NCBI GenBank assembly: GCA_963781565.1
Contig: CAWAHA010000029.1
Coordinates: forward strand, 15,683 to 79,682
Length of the DNA stretch: 64,000 nucleotides
Source of the DNA: an uncultured Acidimicrobiaceae bacterium
GTDB lineage: Bacteria > Actinomycetota > Acidimicrobiia > Acidimicrobiales > RAAP-2
Direction of reading: 5' to 3'
Position 1 is the first letter of the stretch. Each line of letters opens with the position of its first letter. Position numbers and translations under genes: made by a program. Under the pieces are notes generated by a model. It was not told where the DNA came from. It worked only from the letters and a program-made list of their open reading frames with translations, and made no database searches. This document shows, piece by piece, positions 52,340-63,514 of the stretch.

Positions 52340-53766
52340 TCAGGCGGGATCGATCTTCGACCAGGTGTGGGGCTGCTCGGCGAAGGCTTCCTCGCCGGGC
52401 AGGCGCTGGTACCGGAAGCGGATCTCTTCGAGGTCGTTGGGCTCTGCGACCGTCGCCTCCGACAGGCGAAGGACCATGTCGGCCTGGCGCCGGAGAACGA
52501 CTCGCTGCTCGACCGCCGTGGTGTCGAGCATGATGGAGCCGAGAGAGTCCATCAGTCGGATCAGGACCGCCGGCATGGCGGAGGCCGCTTGGCGGATTTT
52601 GTCGAAGGCACGGTTGACCATGCGCGCGTACGAAGGGTCGAACTCGACCAGGCGCACGTTGCCGGCCGCATCGCGGTAGACGCCCTCGTCGAGGACCCGG
52701 CCCGAGACCCGGCCCAGCCCCGCCGACAACCAGTCGATGCAGGTCAGGGCGGTGAAGGTGTCGTTGACGGCCGACGAAAGCGCTCTGATGGCGATCTCGA
52801 CCAACTGGTCGATGGCGAACACGGGGTCCTGCACGAGGGTGCGGTGCGGCCCCGTCACGTGGGCCTTGGACAGGGCGAGGGCGACCTCGGGCGCCGCGCC
52901 CCGGGGCCACACCATGGCCAGGGGACGGCCGGTGGCCAAATAGTGGCCTGGGCGGTGCTCCAGACGGATCACCGAGTCGGTCCGCGTGGCGATGGCGATC
53001 AGCTGGGAATACCCGACGTACTGGATATAGCCGCTCACCTGCGACGGCACCGCGGCGCCGCGGTCATCGATCAGCTGCAGCAGTTCGGGAACCGACTTGC
53101 CGGCATGCGGCCGCTCCGCGGGCTCGACCGCCGCACCGACTGCGTCGGGGAATTCGGCGTCGATGGACTTGATGAGGTCACGGGCGATACCCGCGATCAC
53201 CTCGGGCAGCTGAATCGACTTCGCAATGTGGTGGATGAAGTAGATCAGCACCGCGATGTCGACCAGCAACAGGGCCTCGGCCACCGAGGTCGAGAGGTAC
53301 GGCACGAACTGTCGCGCCTGCGCTGTTGATGGAGACCAGCGCCAGCACCGAGTAGACGAAGGTGCCGACGAAGACGCCCAACGTGACCTGGTTGCCGATG
53401 TCGCGCACGAAGTTCCGCAGCATCCGCGGTCCGAACTGCTGTGAGGCCAACGTGAGCGCCAGGATGGTGATGGAGAACACCACGCCCACAACGGTGATCA
53501 CCGCCGCCGCAATGGCGATCAGGACCTGACGCTCGGCATCGGCACTCCCGGTGCGGATCCAGCGCGGCAGCGCCAGAGTGACCGTGGAACTGCGCCAGGT
53601 CGATCACGAACGTGACGAGGAACAGCAGCACGGCCGCCACGATCAAGAGGCTGGGTACGACCCACAAGGTCGTCCGCAGCTCTTCCCAGCGCCAGCTCGG
53701 CAGCTGACGGCGGTCCTTGCCGACACGCGCCGGCTCGGGCGGGACGAACTCTTCGGTATCGCTCAC
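52340..53766 (-). CDS. DUF2254 family membrane protein; two frame corrections (about 53575, 53325)
   Basis: ORFs 53245..53766, 53178..53501 and 52340..53491 tile it. ITILALTLASQQFGPRMLRNFVRDIGNQVTLGVFVGTFVYS and IYFIHHIAKSIQ are present. Confidence 0.7.
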
Positions 53767-53967
53767 GTCGAGACCGTCGATCCGCCGCGGCGCGGCACGG
53801 CGCGCGGCGCGAGGTTGGTGGGGATGGCGGTCGTCATGGGCACGGGTTCACTCGTCGCCGACCAGTCTTCCCGGCACCCCATGCCGTTGCGAGTCCCGCA
53901 ACGGCGTCGTCATGGTATCCGCTGTGCCCTGCCTCTCCCTTCTCGTCGCGGTTGCGCGAAGACGGCG

Positions 53968-55260
53968 TCACGCCGGGAAGAATCGGGGCAGGAGGTCCCG
54001 GTTGGCCCCGAGAAGTTCGTCGGCCAGCTCGGCCGCCAGCGGGTACTGCCCGACGAGCGGATTGGCCAGCAGCGCCCGCACGACGTCGTCCCGGCTGCCC
54101 GAGCACGCCGCCTTCACGGCCAGCCGCTCGTAGGCCTTGGCGTGCTGGACGAGTCCGAGCATCTCGGGTGACAGCTCCCGCTGGGGCAGCGGGTGGGCGC
54201 CGGTGGCATCGACGACCGCCGTCGTCTCGACCACGGCGTCGTCGGGCAGGCCCGGGATGGCGCCGTCGTTGCGCATGTCGACCACCTGGATGTCGCCCGT
54301 TCCGGCGTGGAGCGACGCCATCAGGCGCACCGCGGCCAGCGAGTAGTAGGCGCCGCCGCGGTACGACAGCTTCTCCGGCTTGGTGACCAGCGCGGGGTCC
54401 CGGTACTCGCTGCGAGCAGCGCGGCCTCCAAGCTCGGCCACGACCTCCGCCCGCGAGCGGTGCCCGGGGGCGGACTGCTGGGCCACCTCGGCATCGTGTT
54501 GGTAGTAGTAGTGCACGTAGTACGAGGGCAGCGCCTGCTGCAGGCGCAACACGTCGATCGGAGACGCCGCTCTCGAGCTCGAGCTCGGGGCCGAAGCGGT
54601 CGAAGAGATCCTGCAGCCGGTCATCGCCGCCGTCGCCGCCGACCCGGGCCGACCGGATCCAGGTCAGATGGTTCAGCCCGACATGCTCGACGTCGACCGA
54701 ATCGGGGTCGACGCCGAGATAGTGCCCGATCCGGCGCTGGGCCCAGATGGCCACGTTGCACAGGCCCACGGCGCGGTGGCCCTCGTCGAGCAGCGCCTGG
54801 GTGACGATCCCGACCGGGTTGGTGAAGTCGACCATCCACGCGCCCGGGTTGCCACGGGCCGCCATCTCCTCGGCCAGTCCCAGGACGACGGGCACGGTGC
54901 GCAGCGCCTTGGCCAAGCCCACCGGCGCCCACGGTCTCCTGCCCCAGACATCCGTAACCGACCGGCAGCGTCTCGTCGACGTGGCGCGCCGCCTGCCCGC
55001 CGATGCGGAGCTGGACCACGACGAAGTCGGCCCCCTCGAGGGCTGCGTGCGGGTCGGCCGTCGTCGAGAAGGTCCCGCCCCATCCCCGCGTGCCGCAGGA
55101 TCCGCTCGGAGAGCCCTCCCACGACCTCCCGCCGCTGGTCGCTCGGGTCGAGCAGGACGAGGTCGTCGACGGCCATCCGATCTTCGACGTCGCACAGGCC
55201 GTCGACCAGCTCGGGGGTGTACGTGCTCCCGCCGCCGACGACGACCACCTTGGTGCCCAC
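53968..55260 (-). CDS. Glycoside hydrolase family 4 (6-phospho-beta-glucosidase-like); about five frame corrections
   Basis: KVVVVGGGSTYTPELVDGL, FVVVQLRIGG, WMVDFTNPVGIVTQAL, VGLCNVAI, HVGLNHLTWI and YYVHYYYQHD are scattered over four listed ORFs. Confidence 0.75.
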
Positions 55261-55283
55261 GCAGCGCAACGTAACATCCGTCC

Positions 55284-56320
55284 GTGGCTGCGCCCCTCCG
55301 CTTCCGCGCCGGCCGTCCTGGCCTTCGACGGGGGAAGCACGAAGACCGATGTCGTCCTCGTCGCACGGCTCGGCGCCGTGCTCGGCCGGGCCCGGGTCGG
55401 CCCGAGCAACCATCAGCTCGTCGGCCTCGACGGCACCGTCAGCGCGCTGACCGAGGCCCTCGCCGCCGTGCTGGCCGACGCCGGGATGTCAGGCGCCGCC
55501 GGCGCCGATCTGCCCGACGGGCGTGTACTGCCTGGCCGGACTCGACCTGCCCGTCGACGAGGAGAAGCTGGCGCCGGCCATCGAGTGCGTTGGGATGGAC
55601 CGACACGGTGATCCTGCGCAACGACACGTTCGCCGTGTCGCGGGCCGGGACGACGGCGGCCTGGGGCATCGGCGTCGTCTGCGGGACGGGGATGAACTGC
55701 GCCGCGGTCGGGCCCGACGGGCGCGACCGTGCGCTTCCCCGCGCTGGCCGAGCTCTCCGGAGACTTCGCCCCGGGGGGCGCCTGGCTCGGCGTCCGCGCC
55801 CTCGGCCTGGCCCTGCGGGCCGGCGACGGGCGGGGGCGCCGACCACCCTGCGCGAACGGGTGCCGGCCCACTTCGGCGTGGCCGACGCCGAGGCCGCCCT
55901 GACCGGCGTCTACACCGGCGCCCTCCCCTACGCCCGGCTCTTCGAGCTGGCCCGGGTCCTCCTCGACGCCGCGGCAGAGGGCGATGCCCCGGCCCGCCAG
56001 GCGGCCGACATCCTGGCCGACGAGGTCGTGGCCTTCGTCCGCGCCGCCGTCGTCCGGCTCGACCTGCAGCACGAGGCCGGTGGAGGTCGTCCTCGGCGGC
56101 GGCATCTTCGACACCGACGACACGGCGTTCCACGCCCGGGTGGCCGCCGGCATCCACGCCGTCGCGCCACGCGCCGTGCTCGGTCCGCCTCGACGCCCCG
56201 CCGGTGCTCGGGGCCGCGCTGATCGGGCTCGATGCCGAAGATGCCCGCCAGACGCCCTGGCCACGCTCCGCGGGCGCTCACGGTCCCGAGACGCACCGGA
56301 CGCGGCCTGAGCCAGGCTGA
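55284..56320 (+). CDS. BadF/BadG/BcrA/BcrD-type ATPase (N-acetylglucosamine kinase-like); about four frame corrections; ends approximate
   Basis: VLAFDGGSTKTDVVLV, YCLAGLDLP, ILRNDTFA, GIGVVCGTGMNCAA and VVLGGGIF..PVLGAALIGL lie across ORFs 55003.., 55523.. and 55284... Divergent from the GH4 gene. Confidence 0.65.
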
Positions 56321-56386
56321 CCGACCCGACCGTCGACCCGATCCGCTCGACCCGACCTGACGCAGCTCCGCCGGGCTGAGCCGGAC

Positions 56387-56900
56387 TCAGCTCCCTCCGC
56401 CACCCGCCACCGCCGGCACGCCGGCCGGCACGTGCGGCATGGCGTCGGCCACCAGGCGCTCGTCGTCCGCCAGCAGCGAGTGGGCCAGGTCCTTGACCAT
56501 GGCGATGATCTCGGGGTGCTCCTCGGGGTTCCATCCGTCGAGGAGCTCGGTCAGGCCGGTCGCGGCGCGCCTCGGTCAACTTGTCGAGCGCCGCCGTGCC
56601 CGCCGGCGTGAGGTAGAGGTCGCAGTCCGCGCCGCGGCGCCGCTCCTCGATCATGCCGGCGGCCAACAACCCGTCGACCCCCGGCTGGATGAGCTCGGCG
56701 CCCACCTTCAACCGCTTCGCCACGTCGTTCACCGTGCACGCCGGCTGATCGGCCAAGCGGTAGAGCAGCCAGCACGCACGCGGGGGCAGATCGATGCCCG
56801 CCCGCTGGGCCAGCGTGTGGTACAGCTCGACCCGGTTCTCCCGGTCGGACAGCCGCGTGAGCGCCAGCTCGATCTCCTGCAGCGACGACCGCGGGTCGGG
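56387..56900 (-). CDS. MarR-like winged-helix region directly following the MFS transporter frame (fused domain or unresolved separate gene)
   Basis: Translated by hand: SSLQEIELALTRLSDRENRVELYHTLAQRAGIDLPPRACWLLYRLADQPACTVNDVAKRLKVGAELIQPGVDGLLAAGMIEERRRGADCDLYLTPAGTAALDKLTEARR, then TGLTELLDGWNPEEHPEIIAMVKDLAHSLL after one frame shift. Stop is TGA 56387-56389. Confidence 0.6.
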
Positions 56901-58449
56901 CGAGCCGTTCGACCTCGCCGATGTCGACCGTCTGCACCGTCTTGCGCAGCTCCACCTCCGGGAGGAGCCAGCTCAGGAGGAAGGCCACGAATGCGATGGG
57001 CACCGCCACCAGGAAGACGACCTGAATGGCATGGGTGACGGCGTCGATGTACTTCGTGTAGAAGAACAGCCCGGCCGCGGTCGACTTCAGCTGGGCGAGC
57101 ACGACCGGGATTGATCGTCTGCGGGTTGAACTTCCTCAGGACCGACGCCGGGACCTTGGCCAGGGTGGGTGCGATCGTGTGGTTCAAGACGATGGCGTAG
57201 ATGGCCCCGAAGACGGCGGTGCCGAACGAGCCGCCGATCATGCGGAAGAACGCGGAGCTGCTGGTCGCCACGCCGAGATCCTCGTAGGACACCGCGTTCT
57301 GCACGGCGACCACGAGGACCTGCATGACCAGGCCCATGCCGACGCCGAAGACGAACATGTAGCCGGCCAGCACCCAGCCGTTGGTCGACGCATCGATCAT
57401 CGACAGCAGGTACGCGCCGATGGTCATCAAGGCGGTGCCGACGATCGGGAAGACCTTGTAGCGGCCCCAGCGGGTCACCAGCCGACCGGAGATGACCGAC
57501 GCGCCGAGCATGCCGAGCATCAGCGGCAGAATGCGCAGTCCCGACGCCGTGGGACTGACGCCCTTGACGATCTGCATGTACAGCGGCAGGAAGGTGAGCG
57601 CCCCGAACATGGCGAAGCCCATGACGAAGCCGATGGAGCTGGCCGCGTTGAAGACCCGCTCCCGGAACAGCTTCAGCGGGATGACGGGCTCGGCGGCGTA
57701 GCGCTCGGCGAAGAGGAACGCCACCGGCCAGCACGACGCCGAGGACCGCGGTGAGAATGCTCGGCACCGAGAGCCAGGCCCACGAGATGCCGCCCAGGCT
57801 GGCGAAGATGATGAGCGACGTCGCCGAAGCGGCCAGGAGCAGCGCCCCGGCGTAGTCGATGGCAGTGCGAGACCCTGCTCAGGTGTCCCGGGAGCACGGC
57901 ACCGGTCACGAAGAACGCGAGGATCCCGAGCGGCAGGTTGATGTAGAAGACCCACTGCCAGGTCAGGTAGGTGACGCAGAGCCCGCCGATGAGCGGCCCG
58001 ATCACGGTGGCCACGGCGAACATGGCGCCGAACAGCCCCACGTAGCGGCCCCGGTCGCGGGGCGACACGACATCGCCGATGATCGTCTGCGCGCCGACCA
58101 TCAGCCCCCCGCCGCCGAGCCCCTGCAGGGCCCGGAAGGCGATCAGCTCGGTCATGGTGTGGCTGAGGCCGCACAGCGCCGACCCGACGACGAAGATGAC
58201 GATGGAGGCCTGGAAGAAGGTCTTGCGCCCGTACTGGTCGCCCAACTTCCCCCACAGCGGCGTCGAGACGGTCGACGCCAGCAGGTAGGCGGTGACCACC
58301 CAGGCCAGGTGCGAACCCCCGTGCAGGTCGCCCACGATGGTGGGCAGCGCCGTCGAGACGATCGTCTGGTCCAGCGCGGCCAGGAGCATGCCCAGCAGCA
58401 GCGCACCGAGGATCACCCACAGGCGGCGCTTGGTGATCGTGTCGGCCAT
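56900..58449 (-). CDS. MFS transporter, DHA2 (EmrB/QacA, 14-TMS) type; about three internal frame corrections (about 57895, 57740, 57110)
   Basis: LDQTIVSTALPTIVGDL, GKLGDQYGRK and LQGLGGGG (ORF 57673..58497). The later TM helices are in ORFs 57087..57767, 56729..58420 and 56551..57102. The start is taken at ATG 58449. Confidence 0.8.
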
Positions 58450-58665
58450 GGGGGGTGCTGCGATGGTGCTCACACCCACCTCCCCGACGTCTGCCACGAT
58501 CGACTCAGAGTAGGAACGTCCTGCTCAAAATGCAACCAAGGGCAGCCGACCGCCCGGTACCGCCGGAACGCTCCCGGCGGCCGGAGCCGCCCGCGCTACG
58601 GTCCCGCGGAGAAGAACGCGGCGACACGCCGTGGCGGATCGACAGCAAGGAGGACCAGGGGTCCC

Positions 58666-59632
58666 ATGCGAACTCGCCTCACCGAACTGCTCGGCGTCGA
58701 GTATCCCGTCATGTTGGCCGGCATGGGGGGCGTCTCGTATTCGGAGCTGGTCGCCGCGGTCTCGGAGGCCGGGGGCTTCGGCTGCCTCGGTGCGGGCACC
58801 ATGAACAACGCCACCATGGCGGCCGAAATCGCGGCCGTGCGCGCGGCCACCGACAAGCCCTTCGCCGTCGACCTCCTCACCGCCATGCCCGGCGAGCATG
58901 GCGGAGCAGGTCCAGATCATCATCGACGGGGGCGCCACGGCCTTCGTCGCCGCGCTGGGCGTCCCCACCGAGGTGATCGAGCAGTGCCACCGCGCCAACG
59001 TGCTGGTCGTGAACATGTGCGGGAAGGTCGATCACGCCGTGCGCGCCGTCGACGCGGGGTGTGACCTCGTCGTGGCCCAGGGCACCGAGGCCGGGGGCCA
59101 CACCGGCCAGGTGGCGACGATGCCCCTGGTCCCCCAGATCGTCGACGCGGTGGGCGATCGCGTCCCCGTCGTGGCGGCCGGCGGCATCTTCGACGGGCGC
59201 GGCCTGGCCGCCGCGCTGTCCCTCGGTGCCGACGGCGTGTGGGTGGGCACCCGCTTCATCGCGACGCCCGAGGCCCGCAGTGTCCTCGGCTACAAGGACA
59301 AGCTGCTGGCCAGCCGGGAGGACCAGACCACGGTGAGCCGGGCCTACTCGGGCAAGACGATGCGCGTCGTGCGCAACGAGTACACCGACCACTACGACGC
59401 CCATCCCGAGGAGCTGAAGAAGTTCCCCGAGCAGCTCAGCGTCTCCTACGGGGCCGGGGCCATGCACCTCGGGGGCGACTCGTTCAGCGATGGCGTGGAC
59501 GTCGACCGGGAGTGCTATCCGGCGGGGCAGGGCGTGGGTGCCATCACCGAGCTCGTCCCGGCGGGCGAGCTGGTGCGCCGCTTCGTGGCGGAGGCCGAGG
59601 AGACCCTCGACCGCCTCGCCACCCTGCGCTGA
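58666..59632 (+). CDS. Nitronate monooxygenase / 2-nitropropane dioxygenase family flavoprotein; one frame correction near 58900
   Basis: ATG 58666 lies 10 nt after AAGGAGGA. LGVEYPVMLAGMGGVS is present, followed by VVAQGTEAGGHTG and AAGGIFDGRGLAAAL.LGADGVWVGTRF (ORF 58898..59632). Confidence 0.8.
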
Positions 59633-59655
59633 ACGGTCAGGACGGACGGCGGCGC

Positions 59656-60462
59656 ATGCCTGAGGCCCGGGTGGCGCTGGTCACCGGCGCCAACCACGGG
59701 ATCGGCGCGGCCACGGCCAAGGCGCTGGCGGCCCAGGGCACCGCCGTGCTGTGCACCTACTTCCGCGACGAGCACCTGGGCGGCCTCGACGACCCCGCGC
59801 TGCCGGCGGCCTACCGGGCCACGCGCATGGCACGGGCGGACAACGTCGCCCAATCGATCCGGGCCGCCGGCGGCCGTGCCGCCGCGCTCGAGGCGGACCT
59901 GTCCGATGCCCAGAGCATCCCGGCTCTCTTCGAGGCGGCCGAGGCCGAGCTGGGGCCGGTGTCCATTCTGGTGAACAACGCCTCGGGCTGGGTCGCCGAC
60001 AGCTTCGTCCCCGCCGCCACGAACCGCTTCGGACTGGCCCAGGCGCTCGTGCACGCGGACACGATCGACCAGGTCTTCGGGGTCGACGCCCGCGCCGCCG
60101 CCCTCCTCATCGCCGAGTTCGCGCGCCGCCACGTGGCCCGGAACGGCGAGTGGGGCCGCATCATCGGCCTCACCTCGGGAGAGGCCAACGGCTTCCCCGA
60201 GGAGGTCTCCTACGGCGCCGCCAAGGCGGCACAGGTCAACTTCACCCTGAGTGCGGCCACCGAACTGGCCCGCTTCGGCGTGACCGCCAACGTGGTGCAT
60301 CCGCCGATGACCGACACCGGCTGGATCAGCCAGCGGATCGCCACCACGGCGCAGTCCGCCGGTCACCGGGTCGCCACGCCCCGCCAGGTGGCCGAGGTCA
60401 TCGCGTATCTCGCCTCGGAGGCCGCCGACCTCGTCACCGGGAACGTCATCCGCCTCCGCTGA
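59656..60462 (+). CDS. SDR family oxidoreductase
   Basis: VALVTGANHGIGAA, NNASG and YGAAKAA. Intact. Confidence 0.8.
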   Translation: MPEARVALVTGANHGIGAATAKALAAQGTAVLCTYFRDEHLGGLDDPALPAAYRATRMARADNVAQSIRAAGGRAAALEADLSDAQSIPALFEAAEAELGPVSILVNNASGWVADSFVPAATNRFGLAQALVHADTIDQVFGVDARAAALLIAEFARRHVARNGEWGRIIGLTSGEANGFPEEVSYGAAKAAQVNFTLSAATELARFGVTANVVHPPMTDTGWISQRIATTAQSAGHRVATPRQVAEVIAYLASEAADLVTGNVIRLR

Positions 60463-60639
60463 ACCCGGCGCGCCCCTCCCGAGGCCGGCCGACGTCCGAC
60501 ACCGGCCTTTGCCGCGGCCTCGTCCGGCCTGGTCCGGCCCTGGCCGCCCCGTCCGGCAATGACGTCCTCCCTGGTCAGGACGCCGCGAGCCCGTCGCCGG
60601 GCCCCGCCACACCCTCCCTCCGCTACCGAGGCTCGAAAA

Positions 60640-60742
60640 ATTGGTTGACTGTACGACATATTGCGATATATCATTAGAGTACAAATAAGACCAGAAAAGG
60701 TCTGGCCCGACAGGGCCCTACGCACAGATCAAGGAGTTTCAA
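60640..60742 (+). promoter_or_regulatory. AT-rich promoter/operator region upstream of the PadR gene
   Basis: A local GC drop. TTGACT (60645-60650) is followed after 16 nt by TATATC (60667-60672). Short inverted repeats AGACC-N6-GGTCT / CCAGA-N5-TCTGG lie at 60687-60705. The RBS AAGGAG is at 60731. Confidence 0.35.
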
Positions 60743-61327
60743 ATGGCACACCAACACGAACACGACCGGGGACACGGCCACGATCACGATCACGACGAGC
60801 TCCACGAGCGCCTCCATGAGCACTTCGCGGCACGCGGCATGCGCGGCCCGCGGGGCGGCCGCTGGGGCGGCGGACGCGGCGGCTGGGGCGGCGGGCGGCG
60901 AATGCCGCGCGGCGCCATCCGTACCGCCATCCTCGTCGCCCTCCGCGACGAGCCGGGGAACGGCTACGAGGTCATGCACCGGCTCGAGGAGTCGAGCGGC
61001 GGGCTGTGGCGCCCGAGCCCCGGCTCCGTCTACCCGCACCTCCAGATGCTCGAGGACGAGGGTCTGGTGCAGTCGTCCGAGGTGGACGGCAGCCGCACCT
61101 TCACGCTCACCGAATCAGGACGGGCAGAGGCCGAGAAGGCCCAGCTCCCCTGGCAGGAAGGCGCCGAGTCCGACGACGAGGTACGCACGCTCCGCCAGGG
61201 CGTGGGGCAACTCATGAGCGCCGCCAAGCAGTTGGCCGGCGCCGGTGAGAAGGCGCAGATCGAGCGGGGCATCAGCGTGATCCAGAAGGCCCGCAAGGAG
61301 CTGTACCAAATCCTGGCCGAGGACTGA
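60743..61327 (+). CDS. PadR family transcriptional regulator with a His-rich and Gly/Arg/Trp-rich N-terminal extension
   Basis: AILVALRDEPGNGYEVMHRLEE...WRPSPGSVYPHLQMLEDEGLV winged helix. The N-terminus is HQHEHDRGHGHDHDHDELHERLHEH. Confidence 0.8.
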   Translation: MAHQHEHDRGHGHDHDHDELHERLHEHFAARGMRGPRGGRWGGGRGGWGGGRRMPRGAIRTAILVALRDEPGNGYEVMHRLEESSGGLWRPSPGSVYPHLQMLEDEGLVQSSEVDGSRTFTLTESGRAEAEKAQLPWQEGAESDDEVRTLRQGVGQLMSAAKQLAGAGEKAQIERGISVIQKARKELYQILAED

Positions 61328-61401
61328 CCCGGCCCAGGCCGGTCGGTCGGCAGGACTGGGAGGCCGCTGAGTGAACCGCCCGGTACTGTGCTGAAGGAGC
61401 C

Positions 61402-62401
61402 ATGACCGCCACGACCACCGCCTCGACGCTCGATGGTGGCGCTCCCGGCAACGGGACGCCCATCATCGAGACGGTCGACCTGACGAAGACCTACTCGGGC
61501 ACGGACTTCCGCGCCGTCGACGGCCTCAATCTTCGGGTCGGAGGCGGGCGAGGTCTTCGGATTGCTCGGACCCAACGGAGCCGGGAAGACCACCACCATC
61601 GGCGTCCTGACCACCCGTGTCATCCCGACGGGTGGTCAGGCGCTCATCGGCGGCATCGACGTCGTGGAGCATCCGACGTTGGTCAAGCAGTTGATCGGCG
61701 TGGTCTCGCAGCAGAACACCCTGGACCGGCAACTCACCCCCTTCGAGAATCTCTACTGGCACGGACGCCTCTTCGGCATGGGGGCCAAGGAGTCACGACA
61801 GACGGCGGAAGAGCTGCTCGAGCGGTTCCAGCTGACCCGATTCGCCAAGGCGTCGGTCTACGCGCTCTCGGGTGGGATGGCCCAGAGGCTGATGGTGGCC
61901 CGGGCCATCTTTCACCGACCAGCCGTCCTCTTCCTCGACGAGCCGACGGCCGGGCTCGACCCGCAGGGACGTCTGGCGTTGTGGGACCTCCTCGAGGGCC
62001 TCAACGCCGAGGGCCAGACCATCATGCTCACCACGCACTACATGGAAGAAGCCGACAAGCTCTGTGCCCGCGTGGCGATCATGGACCACGGCAAGATCCT
62101 GGCCCTCGACACTCCGGCCGACCTCAAGCGCAGCGTCGGCGCCGACACCATCGTCACGGTCAAGGCCGCGGGAGACGCCGAGGCGCTGGCGGCCGTCTTC
62201 CAGAGCCGGCTCGAGGGCGTCACGCGGACCCGTGCGCTCCCCGACGGCGTCGAACTCCAGGTGCGCGGCGCTGATCGCCTGGTCCCCCGGGTGGTCGAGG
62301 CGGCGGAAGCCGGAGGTTTCTCCCTGGCCGACCTCTCCGTGGCCGAGCCCACGCTCGAGACCGTCTTCATCGGGTTGACCGGAAAGGAGCTGCGCGACTG
62401 A
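61402..62401 (+). CDS. ABC transporter ATP-binding protein (ABC-2/DrrA-like); one frame correction near 61545
   Basis: The N-terminus is in ORF 61402..62274 (VDLTKTYSGTDFRAVDGLNLRV). Then GPNGAGKTT, LSGGMAQRL and LFLDEPTAGLD follow (ORF 61562..62401). Confidence 0.85.
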
Positions 62402-63309
62402 TGGCGGCCACGACATCTGAGACCCTTCCGCCGACGACGTTCGGAGCCCCGGGCACCCACCGGGTCGCGCTGACGCCGACCCGTTCGACGACAGCCGCCA
62501 GCCGCACGTCGCTTCGGGCGCTCATTCAGCGCGACCTGGTCGTGCTCTGGAAGCACAAGGTCGAGTTCACCGTGCGCACCTTGGTGCAGCCCTTCCTTCT
62601 CTGTTTCGTCTTCCTCTATGTCTTCCCGAAGATCGGGCAAGGCATCGGTGGCGGCGGTGGAGCCGCAGCCGAGTCCGCCTTCGCCACGGTCCTCGTGCCG
62701 GGTGTCGTCGGTCTTTCCATCATGTTCCAGGGCATCCAGGCCGTGGCGATGCCGCTGGCGCAGGAGTTCGGGTTCACCCGAGAGATCGAGGACCGGGTGC
62801 AGGCGCCGTGCCCGATCTGGCTCGTGGCCATCTCCAAGGTCATCTCCGGCGGTGCCCAGGGCTTGCTCTCGGCCGCGATCGTCCTGCCCATTGCCTCGGT
62901 CGTGCACGCCGCCGGCGTCGAGGCGCAGATCAACCTGCACTGGCTCCTCATCCTGACGCTCGTCCCCCTGTCGTGTGTCTGCATGGCCTCCCTCGGGCTT
63001 CTGCTCGGCACCTCGTTCGAGCCGCGCAACCTCGGCCTCATGTTCGGATTCATCGTGCTGCCCATCACGTTCCTCGGTGGCACCTACTACCAGTGGACAC
63101 GTCTGGCACCCGTCAAGGCGGGCCCGGTGCACTGGCTGCAGATCGTGGTCCTGGTCAACCCGCTGATCTACATCAACGACGGGATGCGCGCCGCCTTCAC
63201 GGATGCCGCGCACATGCACCTCTACATCATCTATCCCGCCATCGTTGCGTTCAGCGTCATCTTCTTGACCCTCGGGCTCCGCAACTTCCGCCGCAAGGTG
63301 CTCGCCTGA
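62401..63309 (+). CDS. ABC-2 type transporter permease
   Basis: Intact 302 aa with six predicted TM helices. The start overlaps the ATPase stop (TGATG). Confidence 0.8.
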   Translation: MAATTSETLPPTTFGAPGTHRVALTPTRSTTAASRTSLRALIQRDLVVLWKHKVEFTVRTLVQPFLLCFVFLYVFPKIGQGIGGGGGAAAESAFATVLVPGVVGLSIMFQGIQAVAMPLAQEFGFTREIEDRVQAPCPIWLVAISKVISGGAQGLLSAAIVLPIASVVHAAGVEAQINLHWLLILTLVPLSCVCMASLGLLLGTSFEPRNLGLMFGFIVLPITFLGGTYYQWTRLAPVKAGPVHWLQIVVLVNPLIYINDGMRAAFTDAAHMHLYIIYPAIVAFSVIFLTLGLRNFRRKVLA

Positions 63310-63514
63310 GCGAGGGTGGCCTTGCGGCGCACGGCGCCAGCACCCGGAACGCACCGAAGCGCGCCCATGGCGCCCACCCCACCCGATGATCTGGCGATTG
63401 GGTGAAAAATCCGTGCAATCGCGCCTGATTGTGGGCCCGGCTGGGTAGGGTGACCGGAACCGTGCAGCCCATACGGGCGACTGCTCCGGGCGGGGCGGCG
63501 AAGGGACGGATCTC

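Noticed and set aside
56375-56391. Hairpin GCTGAG-CCGGA-CTCAGC between the convergent kinase and MarR ends, considered as a bidirectional terminator.
   Set aside because: The stem is only 6 bp, there is no U-tract, and it overlaps the MarR stop codon. This is too weak to call. A similar weak 7-bp stem with an 18-nt loop at 17834-17865 after dnaE was also not called.
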